A stretch of 64,000 nucleotides of DNA, from positions 108,934,001 to 108,998,000 of the forward strand of contig NC_042997.1 of the NCBI RefSeq assembly GCF_006345805.1, written 5' to 3'. Numbering within the stretch: position 1 is the first letter of the stretch; the number at the start of each line of letters is the position of its first letter. The notes below the pieces were generated by a model. It saw only the letters and a list, made by a program, of their open reading frames with translations, had not been told where the DNA came from and did no database searches. Below, one piece after another: positions 26,511-39,055 of this stretch. The stretch is from Octopus sinensis (lineage: Eukaryota). The position numbers were made by a program, and so were the translations under genes.

Positions 26511-26766
26511 AGTAAAGATTTTTGCCAACATAACATAGCAGTCCTGGTTTAGGACGAATGTTGCTGTTGAAGGGAAATAACCCGGAAATCGCAATACACA
26601 GATATTGTTTTGAGCTGAGTGGGGGTGCTAGATTCCCCTGTTTGAAAATATAAGGACACAGATCGTGTCGTATAGCCAGCTGGAGACGATGTCTCCTGGG
26701 GCTAAATTACAGCAACATTCGTCCTAAACCAGGACTGCTATGTTATGTTGGCAAACAATCTTTACT
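26511..26766. repeat. inverted repeat, ~57-bp arms, ~140-bp spacer
   Basis: 26511-26567 pairs with 26709-26766 with a single indel. Confidence 0.85.
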
Positions 26767-26918
26767 ACAATGTCCTGTTTCTGAATATCTCTCGTTGTGA
26801 GATTTGAAAATAGTAATTTTCTAACATTTGTTTATGTTTCATAATCGTCCCATGTTTGGGAATGAGAAACTCGGAGAACGACTTGTAAAATTTTTGCTGT
26901 TAATTACTCTTTCTTCCA

Positions 26919-26953
<35 letters not shown>

Positions 26954-27168
26954 TGTATGTATGTATGTATGTATGTATGTATGTATGCATGCATGTATGT
27001 ATGTATGTATGTATGTATGCATGTATATATGCATGTTAATATGCATGTATGTATGTATGTATGTATGTATGTATGTATGTATGTATGTATGTATGTATGT
27101 ATGCATGCATGTATATATGCATGTTAATATGCGTGTATGTATGTATGTATGTATGTATGTATGTATGG

Positions 27169-27363
27169 TATAAAGCGATTGAGAAGATCGAGACTGGTAC
27201 ATGTTCAAAATTAATTTCCTTTCCTTTTGCGATGTCACACAGCATATCCTTATGCAAGTGTTCATACTCTATGTAGCGGAAACACGAGTAGGTGTGACAT
27301 ACCCTAAAATGAAAAGAAATAAATTTTGAGCACATACCAGTTTCTACATTTTCTGTCTTTATA
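27169..27363. repeat. imperfect foldback (old MITE-like)
   Basis: ACTGGTACATGTTCAAAATT...ATGTCACAC pairs with GTGTGACAT...AATTTTGAGCACATACCAGT. Confidence 0.55.
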
Positions 27364-27617
27364 ATTATTGCAAATATACGTTCAGGATAATATTACCATC
27401 CAGTGAAGCGAACAGGGAATTTCCCGTCGGAGGAATTTACTGCGTCAGTGACACCTCCTAGTAGTCGTAGACGTTAAATGCTAATCGATGCAGTTAGCCG
27501 TAACCTGGAACATAACTGAGAGCCATCATAGTATCCGCCCGGGTAAATACATTCCTCAAAACTTACACACACACACACAAACACACATACACTCTCTCTC
27601 CCTCTCTCACACACATA

Positions 27618-27653
<36 letters not shown>

Positions 27654-27796
27654 AATACATGTGTGTGTGTATTTGCTATACCTGTTTGTACCTGCGTGTA
27701 TGTATATTTTGGTATTCATGCGCCTATTTGTAAATATAGTCAAGTTTTGAAATCTATTTTTGCTGTTTGTATAACCAAACCTGGTGAGCGCGTGTC

Positions 27797-27850
<54 letters not shown>

Positions 27851-27900
27851 GTATATGTATATGTATGTATATATATATATATATATTGTATGCATGTATG

Positions 27901-27932
<32 letters not shown>

Positions 27933-28440
27933 ATAATATGTATATACAAGTATGTATATAAGCATATACGTATGTATTTATGTATAAAGACAAATATCAA
28001 CGTATCGAAATTGCGTTAAATTTATACACACACACACACACACATACACACACACACACACAAACACACACACACTGACAACTCCACATACACATATGCA
28101 TATATTTACACAGTTATTATTTCTTGCTATTTCAGTGTAAAAACATTTATATGTCTTTCAAAGTGCGTTCCGTTCTGTATAATATTTTTGTCTTTTACTC
28201 CGTTCTAATGCAATTTGCCGTCTCAGATTTTCTGCTCTTGTTCTTTTTTCTTTTTTTGTATAATTTTTCTCCAAAACTTTTACAATCGTTTGATATTTCT
28301 TTCCTTTGTTCTCTTCTACATTTTGTCACTTATGTCGCTGAAGTGTTTCAATCTAAATCGAATCTCGTTTCTACATTGACTCGCCCAAATACGTCTAAAA
28401 ATGTCATAGCTATTTCTGACCTTGGAACTTTTCTTTCTTT

Positions 28441-28762
28441 GCAGGTGCAGGTGTGGCTGTGTAGTAAGACGTTTGCTTCCAACCACATGGCTCCGGGTTC
28501 AATCTCATTGCGTAGCACGTTGGGTAAGTGTATTTTACTATAGTCTCGAGCCGACCAAAGCCTTATCAGTAGATTTGCTAGACAGAAACTGAAAAAGCCT
28601 GTCATATACAAATAGGCGTAGGAGTGGCTGTGTGGTAAGTAGTTTCCTTACCAACCACACAGTTCCAGATTCCGTCCTTTGCAACTTGGACAAGTGTCTT
28701 CTACTATAGCCACGGGCCGACCAAAGCCTTGTGAGGTAGACGGAAACTGAAAGGAGTCCGTC
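28441..28762 (+). mobile_element. two tandem SINE family A heads
   Basis: GGTGCAGGTGTGGCTGTGTAGTAAG (28444) and GGCGTAGGAGTGGCTGTGTGGTAAG (28615), each followed by the AAGTGT...CTATAG...GCCGACCAAAGCCTT core. Confidence 0.8.
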
Positions 28763-29269
28763 GTCCTCCTCTTCTCCCACTATTCTATCCTATAACTCTG
28801 TCATTCTATCTCCCTCACTCCTCCTCCCTTGCTCACGTGGCTCCCACGTGACCATCGGCCATCTTTCTTTCTCTCCGTTGTAGCTGGAACAAGGAAGACG
28901 TGTTCTTGTTTGCCTCCTGTCCTAGCTTGATTTACGCGTTCGCCACCACAACCTCGTTTAGGCTTAGCAGCTCTTCCTGTTTGTTTTCGCTGTGCTGTTT
29001 GTGTTACCTATTTTGACCCTCCATAAAATCCCAAATTTTATTTATTTTGATTTGCGGGAGCAACTGTTTTATCAAAAGCGTATATTGTTGTTAAATGCTC
29101 GAAAAAGACTAGAAAAACAGCCAACTGCTTAAGGGTCGTTCTTTATGCTGGTTGTTTTGTTTTCCATTTTTCGAAAGAATGGTTCATGTTCCATGTACTC
29201 GTACTTCGTACTTTTTTTTGCACACATTTCATGATATCCTGTGCCCATATATGTATATATATATAATAT

Positions 29270-29352
<83 letters not shown>

Positions 29353-29504
29353 CGTATAGCTGTATGTACATATACGTATGTATATATGCATATATATATA
29401 TAGATCTATCTATCTATCTATCTATCTATATATATATATATATATACATATATACATAAGTATATGTACATACATCTATAGATAGATATAGATATAGATA
29501 TATC

Positions 29505-29830
29505 TATGTATGTGTGTGTATGTCCCTCCCACCAACATCGCTGGTTTGTTTACGTCCCTGTAACTTAGCGGTTTGGCAAAAGAGACCGATAGAATAAGTA
29601 CTAAGCTCGACTAAAGGCGATGCTCCAGCATGGTCGCAGTCAAATGACTGAAACAAGTAAATGAATAAAAGAATATATATATATATATTATGCGTGTCTT
29701 TGGGACTGTGTTTGCCCCCCCCCCCTGACAACCGGTGTTGGTGTGTTTATGTCCCCGTTACTTAGCAGTTCGGCAAAAAAACCAATAGAATAAGTTCTAG
29801 CTAGCATAACTACTGAGGTAGATCTGTTCA
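29505..29830 (+). mobile_element. SINE family A 3' fragments
   Basis: TAACTTAGCGGTTTGGCAAAAGAGACCGATAGAATAAGTACT...GCTCCAGCATGGTCGCAGTCAAATGACTGAAACAAG, partly repeated. Confidence 0.7.
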
Positions 29831-30241
29831 TCTATAACCGTTCAAAGTGGTGCCCCAGTGTAACCAAAGACCGATGAATGAAACTAGTTTATGATAAAAG
29901 TTAAAAGCTCAAATTGGTCCCTAAACATTGCCTTATCCCATAATTTTAATAAGGTTCGTTTATCCAAAGAACCATTTTATTCGGAGTGTTTTGTGTTTTC
30001 AACAGATGATGATGATGATGATGATGCACTCTGGAATGCGCCAACACCACCACCACCACCACCACCACCGCTACCACCACCACCGCTACCACCACCACCA
30101 CCACTACCACCACCACTGCCACCTGTTGCTTTAAATCTATTAGAAAGAGATTTGCAAGTCGATTGAAAATATCTTCCTCTCTAACTGAAACGATACAATT
30201 TCCAAAATTAATCAAACCAATATTGACAGTTCAAAGCCAAT

Positions 30242-30311
30242 AGTGGGTTAGATGAGTTCTGAAGAAGGGTCAACAACCCCCGAAATATGGTATATACACT
30301 CGTTACCCACT
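30242..30311 (+). ncRNA. type I hammerhead ribozyme candidate with extended stem I
   Basis: Stem I AGTGGGT..GATGAGT / ACTCGTT-ACCCACT, core CTGAAGA plus A (30259-30266), stem II GGG/CCC, GAAA, stem III ATAT(GGT)ATAT, AUA triplet. There is one T.C mismatch at the base of stem I. Confidence 0.65.
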
Positions 30312-30397
30312 TTTTCTTCGATCTCATTGTTTGTTTACATCTGACATATACGAAACGTTGTAGCTAAACTCAGTGCTGGTTATACGTTCTAAAGAAT

Positions 30398-30802
30398 CTC
30401 TCTCTCTCTCTCTTTTTTCTCTTTTTACTTGTTTCAGTCATTTTGACTGCAGTCATGCTGGAGTACCGCCTTTAATCGAGCAACTCGACCCCGGGACTTA
30501 TTCTTTGTAAGCCCAGTACTTATTCTATCGGTCTCTTTTGCCGAACCGCTAAGTGACGGGGACATAAACACACCAGCATCGGTTGTCAAGCAATGCTAGG
30601 GGAACAAACACAGATACACAAATATACACGTACATACATATATATACATATATACGACGGGCTTCTTTCAGTTTCCGTCTACCAAATCCACTCACAAGGC
30701 TTTGGTCGGCCCGAGGCTATAGTAGAAGACACTTGCCCAAGGTGCCACGCAGTGGTACTGAACCCGGAACCATGTGGTTTGTAAACAAGTTACTTACCAC
30801 AG
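30398..30802 (-). mobile_element. tRNA-derived SINE family A, near full length
   Basis: Highly similar to 3145-3567. Confidence 0.85.
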
Positions 30803-30929
30803 CACGACTGACGCAACAGAACCTGGCATTGACTTATGAAAACATTTACTATAAATTATCGTATATTGTGTTTGCTTAACGAAGTCCTACGTACCTACAA
30901 ATCTTTAATGATACTCTCAGTGTTTAGTT

Positions 30930-31230
30930 TGCGGCGACTGCTCACCCTTGTTTGCTACAATGTTTCACTGACCTGGTTGGCCTCGTACATCCCCGTTCAG
31001 GCAAACCTGTCCCACTTGTTTTTCTGTCTATCATCAATTTTGTGGGGCCCGACCCTCTCGGCTCCACATTTACCTTTAGCTCTGGTTCTTCCTCTCGCAC
31101 AACGTCATCCCTCTGGAATATTTGTCTGCGTCTTTTTTGTCAAGTGTTGGACTCTAAGTGTTTAAACGATCTCGCTGTGCTTGTAAACATCATGGGCAAT
31201 GTCTCTCCATCCTGCTCCACCAGGCTCAAA
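30930..31230 (-). mobile_element. possible decayed RTE-clade LINE 3' fragment
   Basis: Minus-strand reading IPEG*RCARGRTR...DRQKNKW loosely resembles the G-x-R-x-RGRP...DR..W C-terminal RTE pattern. Weak. Confidence 0.3.
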
Positions 31231-31274
31231 AACTATTAATTTTAAAAAAACCGCAGAATCTCCGAAAGATTATT

Positions 31275-31480
31275 ATTGGCTGCAAATTCCGGCACAAGAC
31301 CAGCAATTTCAGAGGGTTGTGTTTAGTCGATTACATCAACCCCATTACTTCGCTGGTACTTTATTTTAACCACCCCGAAAATATGAATGGCAATGTATAC
31401 CGCGGCAGAATTTGAACCCATAAACCGGAAGAAAACCGCAAAGCATTTTGTCCAGTGTACAAGCGAATCTGCCAGCACAA
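31275..31480 (-). mobile_element. degraded SINE family B copy
   Basis: GGCACAAGACCAGCAATTTC...GTCGATTACATC...CTGGTACTTTATT...GAATTTGAACC. Confidence 0.6.
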
Positions 31481-31970
31481 CTGGCAGGCCTAAATACCCC
31501 CAGTTGAGTCCTTGCTTTATATAAAGTTGATTTAATTGTCTCTCCGTGTCATTGGTACTATTATGCTTTTACGAGTCCATTTTACAATCAGACAATAATA
31601 TTTTATTTATTTGACTGTAGCAAAGGGAATTCCTCGGGGTGAGTTGTAAATGGTTCTTCGGCTCTCTGCTCCTTCTCCCTTCTCCCTCTCCCTCCCCCTT
31701 CTCCCTCTTCTCTCCTATTCACTAGAAGATAATTAGCGAGTTGCTTCTCTTCGAAGAAGTTTGTTGATCAAAATGACTTGGACATTTAATCACAAACACG
31801 AACAATCAGATAATTACGCAAGACCCAATGAATTCTAAAGATTTGTTGAGACAATGGCAGCTGAAGAGACTCTCTTTTCACATGTCTTTGCATAAATGTA
31901 TAATTTTATAATTTTCCAATTATAAAACAGAAGCAATTTGTTCAATATTGCTCTTTTTTAAATTTACACA

Positions 31971-32015
<45 letters not shown>

Positions 32016-32227
32016 GAGACATATATATGTATGTAAGTACATAAATGCCTCTGTGTGCGTGTGTCTGTGCTAGCACTCGTACGCATCTATATATCTGTGC
32101 ACGTTTATATTTGTGTGAAAATAAACTAATCACTCGTTTTCCCCCCAAGTTAGCCATTCATATCTCCATGTATACATACATATATATATGTGTGTGTGTG
32201 TGTTAGTGTGTGTGTGTATATGTATGC

Positions 32228-32259
<32 letters not shown>

Positions 32260-32326
32260 GTATATGTATATATATATATATATTTATGTATGTATGTATT
32301 TACACTTATGTATATTTCTTTCTTTG

Positions 32327-32361
<35 letters not shown>

Positions 32362-33231
32362 GTCTGTTAGTCTATTAGCTTAGTTATCTCATTATATCTA
32401 ACTACGTGTTTAAAAAGAAATGAGTTCATTGAAGAAAGACACGAGAGGAAGCACTTATTAAAGTATCACAGTCTAACTTTCAGACAAGAAAGTTTCTCAA
32501 CAACAGATACTTGTAGCAGCGTGAGTCTCTTAAGAAGTAAATTTCAATATTCACCTGAATATATAACAGGAAAAATGCGCAGTGAAAGAGAAACAAATCG
32601 GATGAATATATATAACTTCAAATAAATAATTAAACTTCTCTACTATATTTCCACCTTTAAATAAAGTAAATTTAAAACTTCTCTGCCCAACACTTCGTTC
32701 AAGGATAATGTCCGAACACCTAATCCTTTATTCACTTTTCTTCTTCTTGATGTCGCATTCGTTGTACCATCGTTTTCAATTGCTTTGGTTTACTTTTTCA
32801 TCATAAAAATACTAATATTTTTCTTCTTTTTTTCAGCCGTAGTTGTTAAATGGTTGCATATTTTTTGGTGTAATTTCCAAGTTTTCTCTGTCGCTGTCGC
32901 TAAGTCATAACTATATAATTTTAATTTTTATGCATTCTTTTACCTCGCCTTCGATCTATTGATTGTCTGTTATTCACTGTCAGTGGTGATGTTATTATAG
33001 AGATAGGGTCTAAGGCGTCGAAACTGCGTAAATCCGTAAATCCTAGCTGGGAATATTTTTTTCATACTTCAATCAATTATGCTGAAACTTCGTTTTCGAT
33101 ACATACATACATACATACATACATACATACATACATGTATGTATATATGTATGTATTTATGCATGCACCTAAGCACGTACATATGTGTGTATAATTATGT
33201 TATATGTGTATGAATTTATATACATACATAC

Positions 33232-33262
<31 letters not shown>

Positions 33263-33290
33263 CATACATACATCCAACATACATACATAC

Positions 33291-33364
<74 letters not shown>

Positions 33365-33367
<3 letters not shown>

Positions 33368-33483
33368 CCTGCTCGCTTAGCCAGCGGGGTGGCGTCATTC
33401 GAAGGGTAAAACAATGCGAACGCATTGTGACCAGCGATGTGTAACTACATCTGATGGACTGGTCGGTCACGTGATCACGTGAT
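33365..33483 (+). mobile_element. SINE family D 3' fragment in (TA)n
   Basis: Matches the tail of 53382-53689 and ends in CACGTGATCACGTGA. Confidence 0.8.
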
Positions 33484-33678
33484 ATATATATATACATATA
33501 TATTATATATATATGTGTGTGTGTGTGTGTATGTATGTGTGTATATATATATACATATATGTATGTATATATATATATGTATGTATTTATGTATGTATGA
33601 ATGAATGTATGTATATATATATACATACATACATTCATTCATATATATATAAATACATGCATATATATATACGCATCC

Positions 33679-33782
<104 letters not shown>

Positions 33783-34832
33783 CACACACATTTATGGAGT
33801 ATTTCTGGTCTGTGACTGCTTTATTTCTATTTGACACGGAGCGGAAAACAGGGCGCTCATGTTAGCTGTGATGACTGCTTTGCTGTATGGGGAGACCATC
33901 TGGCTGATGGTTACACACGCCAATCCCAGGTAGGTGTAAGGCAATAAAAACGTAATATTTCTCTAATATACCAACATTCCGTGTGATTCCTCTTCATTTT
34001 GAGTTTGCTTTCATTCTCACCTTTTTCCTGCAAGTATTTCTCATTCCATTCCTATCCACTTACATATTTCCTGTCCTTCCCGTTCAACAAACCTGCTGAG
34101 ATATCTGATACATTACATTCTCCATCGTAAAGACTCTTTTTATTTGCTGTATGGCTGCAAGAAGAAATTATATTCCCTTTTAATAAAATTTATTACATTA
34201 TTCTGTAGCAATCCTGTGAATATTAATAGTAACATACACAAACATCAGTCAGACACGAGTGAGTAAGGGGAAGACGAAAGCTCTACAGGGTTACTCAAGT
34301 TGTTAGAAATAACAGCCAAATGTCTTCCCTTTCTTTTTTGAAAAAGGTAAATATTTCGATGAATTATTGACGCTACTACTCGATAAAAAAAAGGTCACGT
34401 GGTCATGGCTTGAACGCTTTTGCTCGTAAGTTTGTTCTGTGTTATCCTGGCCTGTGCATATATTTATGAATAAGTTTGGTTTGTGTTGACTCTCGGAGAC
34501 CCCAGTCCCATAGTTGAGCTGACCCTAGAACTAAAAAGCGACAACAACAACAAGACCCATTAATCTGCATGGACTGATTTATAAATGTGTTTTTAATTCC
34601 ATACTATATTTTCTTAAGCAACAAAGGATGCATTAAATAGTATAGAGTCTATACTATAGACCTAGATGGACTATGCTGACATGAAAGATGCGATGGTCCC
34701 AGTATGAAGCTTAAAAATAATAATATAACCACTGGGGTCGATTCGTTCGATTAAAGATTCTTCAAGACCATGCTCCAGCATGACCGCAGTCAGACGACTA
34801 AAACAAGAGAAACATAAATCACACACACAGAC

Positions 34833-34865
<33 letters not shown>

Positions 34866-34908
34866 TTATTGTGGAAGGGGAAATGGCTAGCCTAGGGGAC
34901 TGAATACT

Positions 34909-35112
34909 TATTTCTTTACTACCCACAAGGGGCTAAACACAGAGGGGACAAACAAGGACAGGCAATCGGATTAAGTCGATTATATCGACCCCAGTGCGTA
35001 ACTGGTACTTAATTTATCGACCCGGGAAGGATGAAAGGTAAAGTCGACCTCTGCGGAATTTGAACTCAGACCGTAACGGCAGACGAAATACAGCTACGTT
35101 TCTGCCAGCTGA
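34909..35112 (-). mobile_element. SINE family B copy with LINE-like tail
   Basis: Nearly identical to 7522-7750, including the TATTTCTTTACTACCCACAAGGGGCTAAACACAGAG tail. Confidence 0.8.
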
Positions 35113-35639
35113 TGCCTAACCTGGTTTAGCTTGTCATCCTGAATCATTTATCTTGATTTTGGTATGAGCGCCGATCAATTGATTCACGGCTGAATTCGTT
35201 CCAGGTGTTTGGATTTCTGAGTACAAAATCCACCTAAGCGCCGGTGACCAGAGCTATTCACCCAACCGCGTAACTGGATTGTCCAACCCAAGTAAAGCAC
35301 GTGCGGTGCAGATAGTCGCATCACCAGTCTGGAGTAGCTGACATAGGCATATTGAAGCATCATCCGTTATTGGATTGCAAAGAACTGAAACGAGAGAACA
35401 AAAGCTGTTTGTACAGGAAAACTAATTGATATATTAAATACATATTTGAATAATGGCGAAGCATACCGCTGGGAGCAATAGTCTTTTCCGCCATGAGATT
35501 TCCGCTTTATGCATTAATATGAAAATACAAATGCATTGTAGAAATAAAATTATACATATGTATATACATGTATCAACACGAGTATGTACGTATATACATA
35601 GATACTTATGAATGCATGTATACACTATGTATGTATATG

Positions 35640-35691
<52 letters not shown>

Positions 35692-35905
35692 GTGTGTTGT
35701 GTGTGTGTGTGTGTGGTGTGTTAGCATACAAATGTACAATATAGAAATAATGACGAACACCCAAGACGATATTATCGTCTGCCGCAATGCGGACAAAACA
35801 ACCGAACTAAGCTTATTCATTGAGTACTGGAGCACTAAAGTGCGCGCATTCACACACGCACACAAGTACACGCACGCACGCACACACACATACACACACA
35901 CACAC

Positions 35906-36070
35906 AGAGGAGCAGTTGTGGCTACGTGGTGAGAAGTTTGCTTACCAATCGCATGGTTCCGCGTTCAGTCCCACTGCGTGACAACTTGGGCAAGTGTCTT
36001 CCACTTTAACCTCGGGCCGGCCAAAGCCTTGTGAGTGGATTTGGTATAGGAAGTCTGAAAGAAGCCCGTG
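35906..36070 (+). mobile_element. SINE family A head
   Basis: GTGGCTACGTGGTGAGAAGTTTGCTTACCAATCGCATGGTTCCGCGTTCAGTCCCACTGCG...GCCAAAGCCTTGTGAGTGGATTTGG. Confidence 0.75.
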
Positions 36071-36132
<62 letters not shown>

Positions 36133-36446
36133 TATATCTAGTACAGAGACGAGATCCAGTAGTTTCCGTATATGAGACACTAGGTAGTGCTCAAAAGATT
36201 CAAATTTAGACTCCGATGTCTTAACAAGGGATCATTCCACAAGCTAAAGAAAGGCTATAAGAGGAATCAAGTTAAGCGGGTTTAAAGGCAATTATGCGGA
36301 TAAAACAAATTAGGCACATCAGATACTGTAAATATATTAAATACATCAAGTACAAAATATGTCTACATGTATACAAGCAAAGCGAGAGAAAACAACGGGT
36401 GGAAACATTCAGATGATGAATTTATATGTATGCACACACACACACA

Positions 36447-36499
<53 letters not shown>

Positions 36500-36525
36500 A
36501 CACACACACACACCACACACACACA

Positions 36526-36573
<48 letters not shown>

Positions 36574-37094
36574 CACACACTCACACGTATATATATATAT
36601 ATCTCTTATGATAAAAGGCAGATTTTCTCTGCCTCTGACATAGTTTGTTTTTAATACAATTGTACAATATAGAATTTCTTCAATTGGAATTTACCTATGA
36701 TTTTTCGAAGTAGATTCGATTGGGTCATGGCATATACATTTTTTCAATTTCACCCCCAATTAAGCAAAAATTCCAGAAAACTCAATATTTTACGATTTAC
36801 CTCTCTCATTTCAAATGCTTTACTCCTGCTATTACCACACTTTCTCCTACTTTCTCTTTGCAAGTGTATACCACTATCATATCCTCTTTCTGCAACTCTT
36901 ATTCAACATCACTTATTCTGCTACTTTCTCTTATTAATGCTTAAACCAATCCTCAAAAAAAAAGGAAACAGAGATCTGTCGCTAACTTTTGGTAGTATTA
37001 ATTGGCGAGCGTACTTCAGTTGTCAATTGTTGAAAGAAAGAAATTGTAAGCTAAGAAGGTGTGCATGTGTGTATGTGTGCGTGCGTGCGTGTGT

Positions 37095-37128
<34 letters not shown>

Positions 37129-37251
37129 GAAGTGAAGGATAAAAATATGGCAAGAAGTGGACAGATGTGCATATATACATACATACATACATGTGTGTGT
37201 GTGTGTGTGTGTTGTGTGTATGTATGTTATTGTGTATGTGTGTGTGTGTTA

Positions 37252-37636
37252 TCTCTCTATATAAAGCTGAAGTTGTCTGTGTGCGGCAGGTTTGGTAGCC
37301 TTCAACTAACACTATCTCCTCCGAGACCCTGCGGCGCAAGTTGACCAAATTGAGAGTATGATAGAAGAAGGTTTGGTCTTCCTTCCGTAGAAGATAAAAT
37401 TTAAATCGGATCATGGTAACACCAAAATTATTTACATCAAAAAGGTGCTTTTTTCTATGAAAACCCTATTTTTTTACGATTTTTTTCACTGCTGTGTCGC
37501 CACTTTTCGGTGTATTTCAACCAGAAAATGTTCACTTGAAGAGAATAACAAGCTACATAATGCAAAATTTTTATTTTCAAAAATTCCAATTCCAGCGGGT
37601 CGAAACAACCCGAGCAACGCCGGGCGATACTGCTAG
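37252..37636 (+). mobile_element. non-autonomous Helitron
   Basis: Starts A|TC (TCTCTCTATATAAAG), has the subterminal hairpin CCCG-AGCAACGC-CGGG (37609-37624) and ends CTAG|T. These are canonical Helitron termini and insertion site. Confidence 0.8.
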
Positions 37637-37667
37637 TATATATATATATATATATTAATATATATAT

Positions 37668-37698
<31 letters not shown>

Positions 37699-38009
37699 CA
37701 TGTTGATATCAATATAGAGTAGAAATAACGGAAAAATTAAAGGGGTGGAAGAAGGTTATTATAAGTCAAACAATTGTTTTCTGGAGGCTCAGCGATCAAT
37801 AATAGTTTTGGCAGATTTAGTTCATTACAAAATGCGGCCGTATGGATGCATTTAACATACGATAAGAAGAAGCCCGTCGCCAGCATAGAGAAGATCTTAC
37901 ATTTCAGATCTTAATGTAGCGAAGTTCAATCATGGAATATCTCTCTGCGCCCCCCACCCTCTCTCTCTCTTGACCCTCCTCCAACTCTTCTGCCTATATG
38001 TTTGTGCAC

Positions 38010-38190
38010 ACCTTTGAATGCAGTGTATGCCAGAAGGTTTGTAAATCCAACGGAAGACTCAAAAGACATATTAAGATCCACAAAGAGCAGAACTTATCTG
38101 CAACTCATGGTGGTCCAAATCGGAGGTACAATCTATGTGGGTGTCTTTTCAATATATTGTCTAATTTAAAAAGCCACATCAGATGCCATG
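38010..38190 (+). pseudogene. orphan pair of C2H2 zinc-finger motifs (second one degenerate)
   Basis: FECSVCQKVCKSNGRLKRHIKIH and YNLCGCLFNILSNLKSHIRCH in ORF 37998-38252. No TGEKP linker. Confidence 0.55.
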
Positions 38191-38197
38191 ATGGTTA

Positions 38198-38680
38198 TAC
38201 GTTCGCTATTTCCAGTAAATATCGGTACTTAGTTGTGCCATTTATTTACTAATTTGTGTATTTTTCCCTCACGGGCTACTTTTTACTGGAAGGCAATACT
38301 TTGTATTGCATTACTTCTTCACCGTTTCTCGTACTGTTAGCGTTCCGTATTTCAGTCGAGTGTGTTAGTATTTATGTGGTAACATCGTAGTTTCGTCTTG
38401 GTATATGTTTGGCTGAAGAAGGTAAAGCAAATATGGGTGAGAGACATATCTTGCAAAACCTGAAACCTGCAGGTACCACATTATCCATTTTCCGGGTGTT
38501 TCATCTTTCAGATGTTCTCCCTGGAGGTAAGACGGTTTTTTTTCTCTATTTTGTTGCAACACACACGCATTTTTACTAATACATACGCGGTGAAGCTACA
38601 CATTAGCGTCGTATTTTTTACGTTCGCTATTTCCAGTAAATATCGGTACTTAGTTGTGCCATTTATTTACTAATTTGTGT
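38198..38680 (+). mobile_element. 421-bp unit with 62-bp terminal direct repeat carrying a hammerhead (retrozyme- or pLTR-like)
   Basis: 38198-38259 is identical to 38619-38680. The HHR lies at 38410-38478 and the unit is followed by (TA)n. Confidence 0.7.
38410..38478 (+). ncRNA. type I hammerhead ribozyme
   Basis: Stem I TGG/CCA, core CTGAAGA (38413-38419), long stem II AGGT..GCAA-ATATG..CATAT-TTGC..ACCT, GAAA (38462-38465), palindromic stem III ACCTGCAGGT. Predicted GUA cleavage after 38475. Confidence 0.8.
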
Positions 38681-38704
38681 GTATATATATATATATATAT
38701 ATAT

Positions 38705-38756
<52 letters not shown>

Positions 38757-39001
38757 TGAATCAAATTTAATATAAATTTGGGATTTGAGGAGGGTCAAGT
38801 TGATAACAAAAAAGTGTGAAAACGGTGAAGGGGAGAGAAAGAATTAGAATGAAAGAAGAAAAGAAAAAAACAAAAGGAAGAAGAAGGAGGAATGGTTTTG
38901 GTTTTTCGTATTTCATGTTGCTTACCATCTATGACGTACCCATATATGCATATATATGTACCCATATATGCATGTGTATATACATATATGTATGCATACA
39001 T

Positions 39002-39055
<54 letters not shown>

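Noticed and set aside
29061-29121. CTGTTTT...GCTCGAAA...AAAACAG possible ribozyme relic
   Set aside because: Stem I-like pairing is present but there is no CUGANGA-type core. Too decayed to call.
29891-30166. Poly-Asp/poly-Pro or poly-His ORF
   Set aside because: Produced by (GAT)n and (CAC)n triplet repeats, with no domain or splice support.
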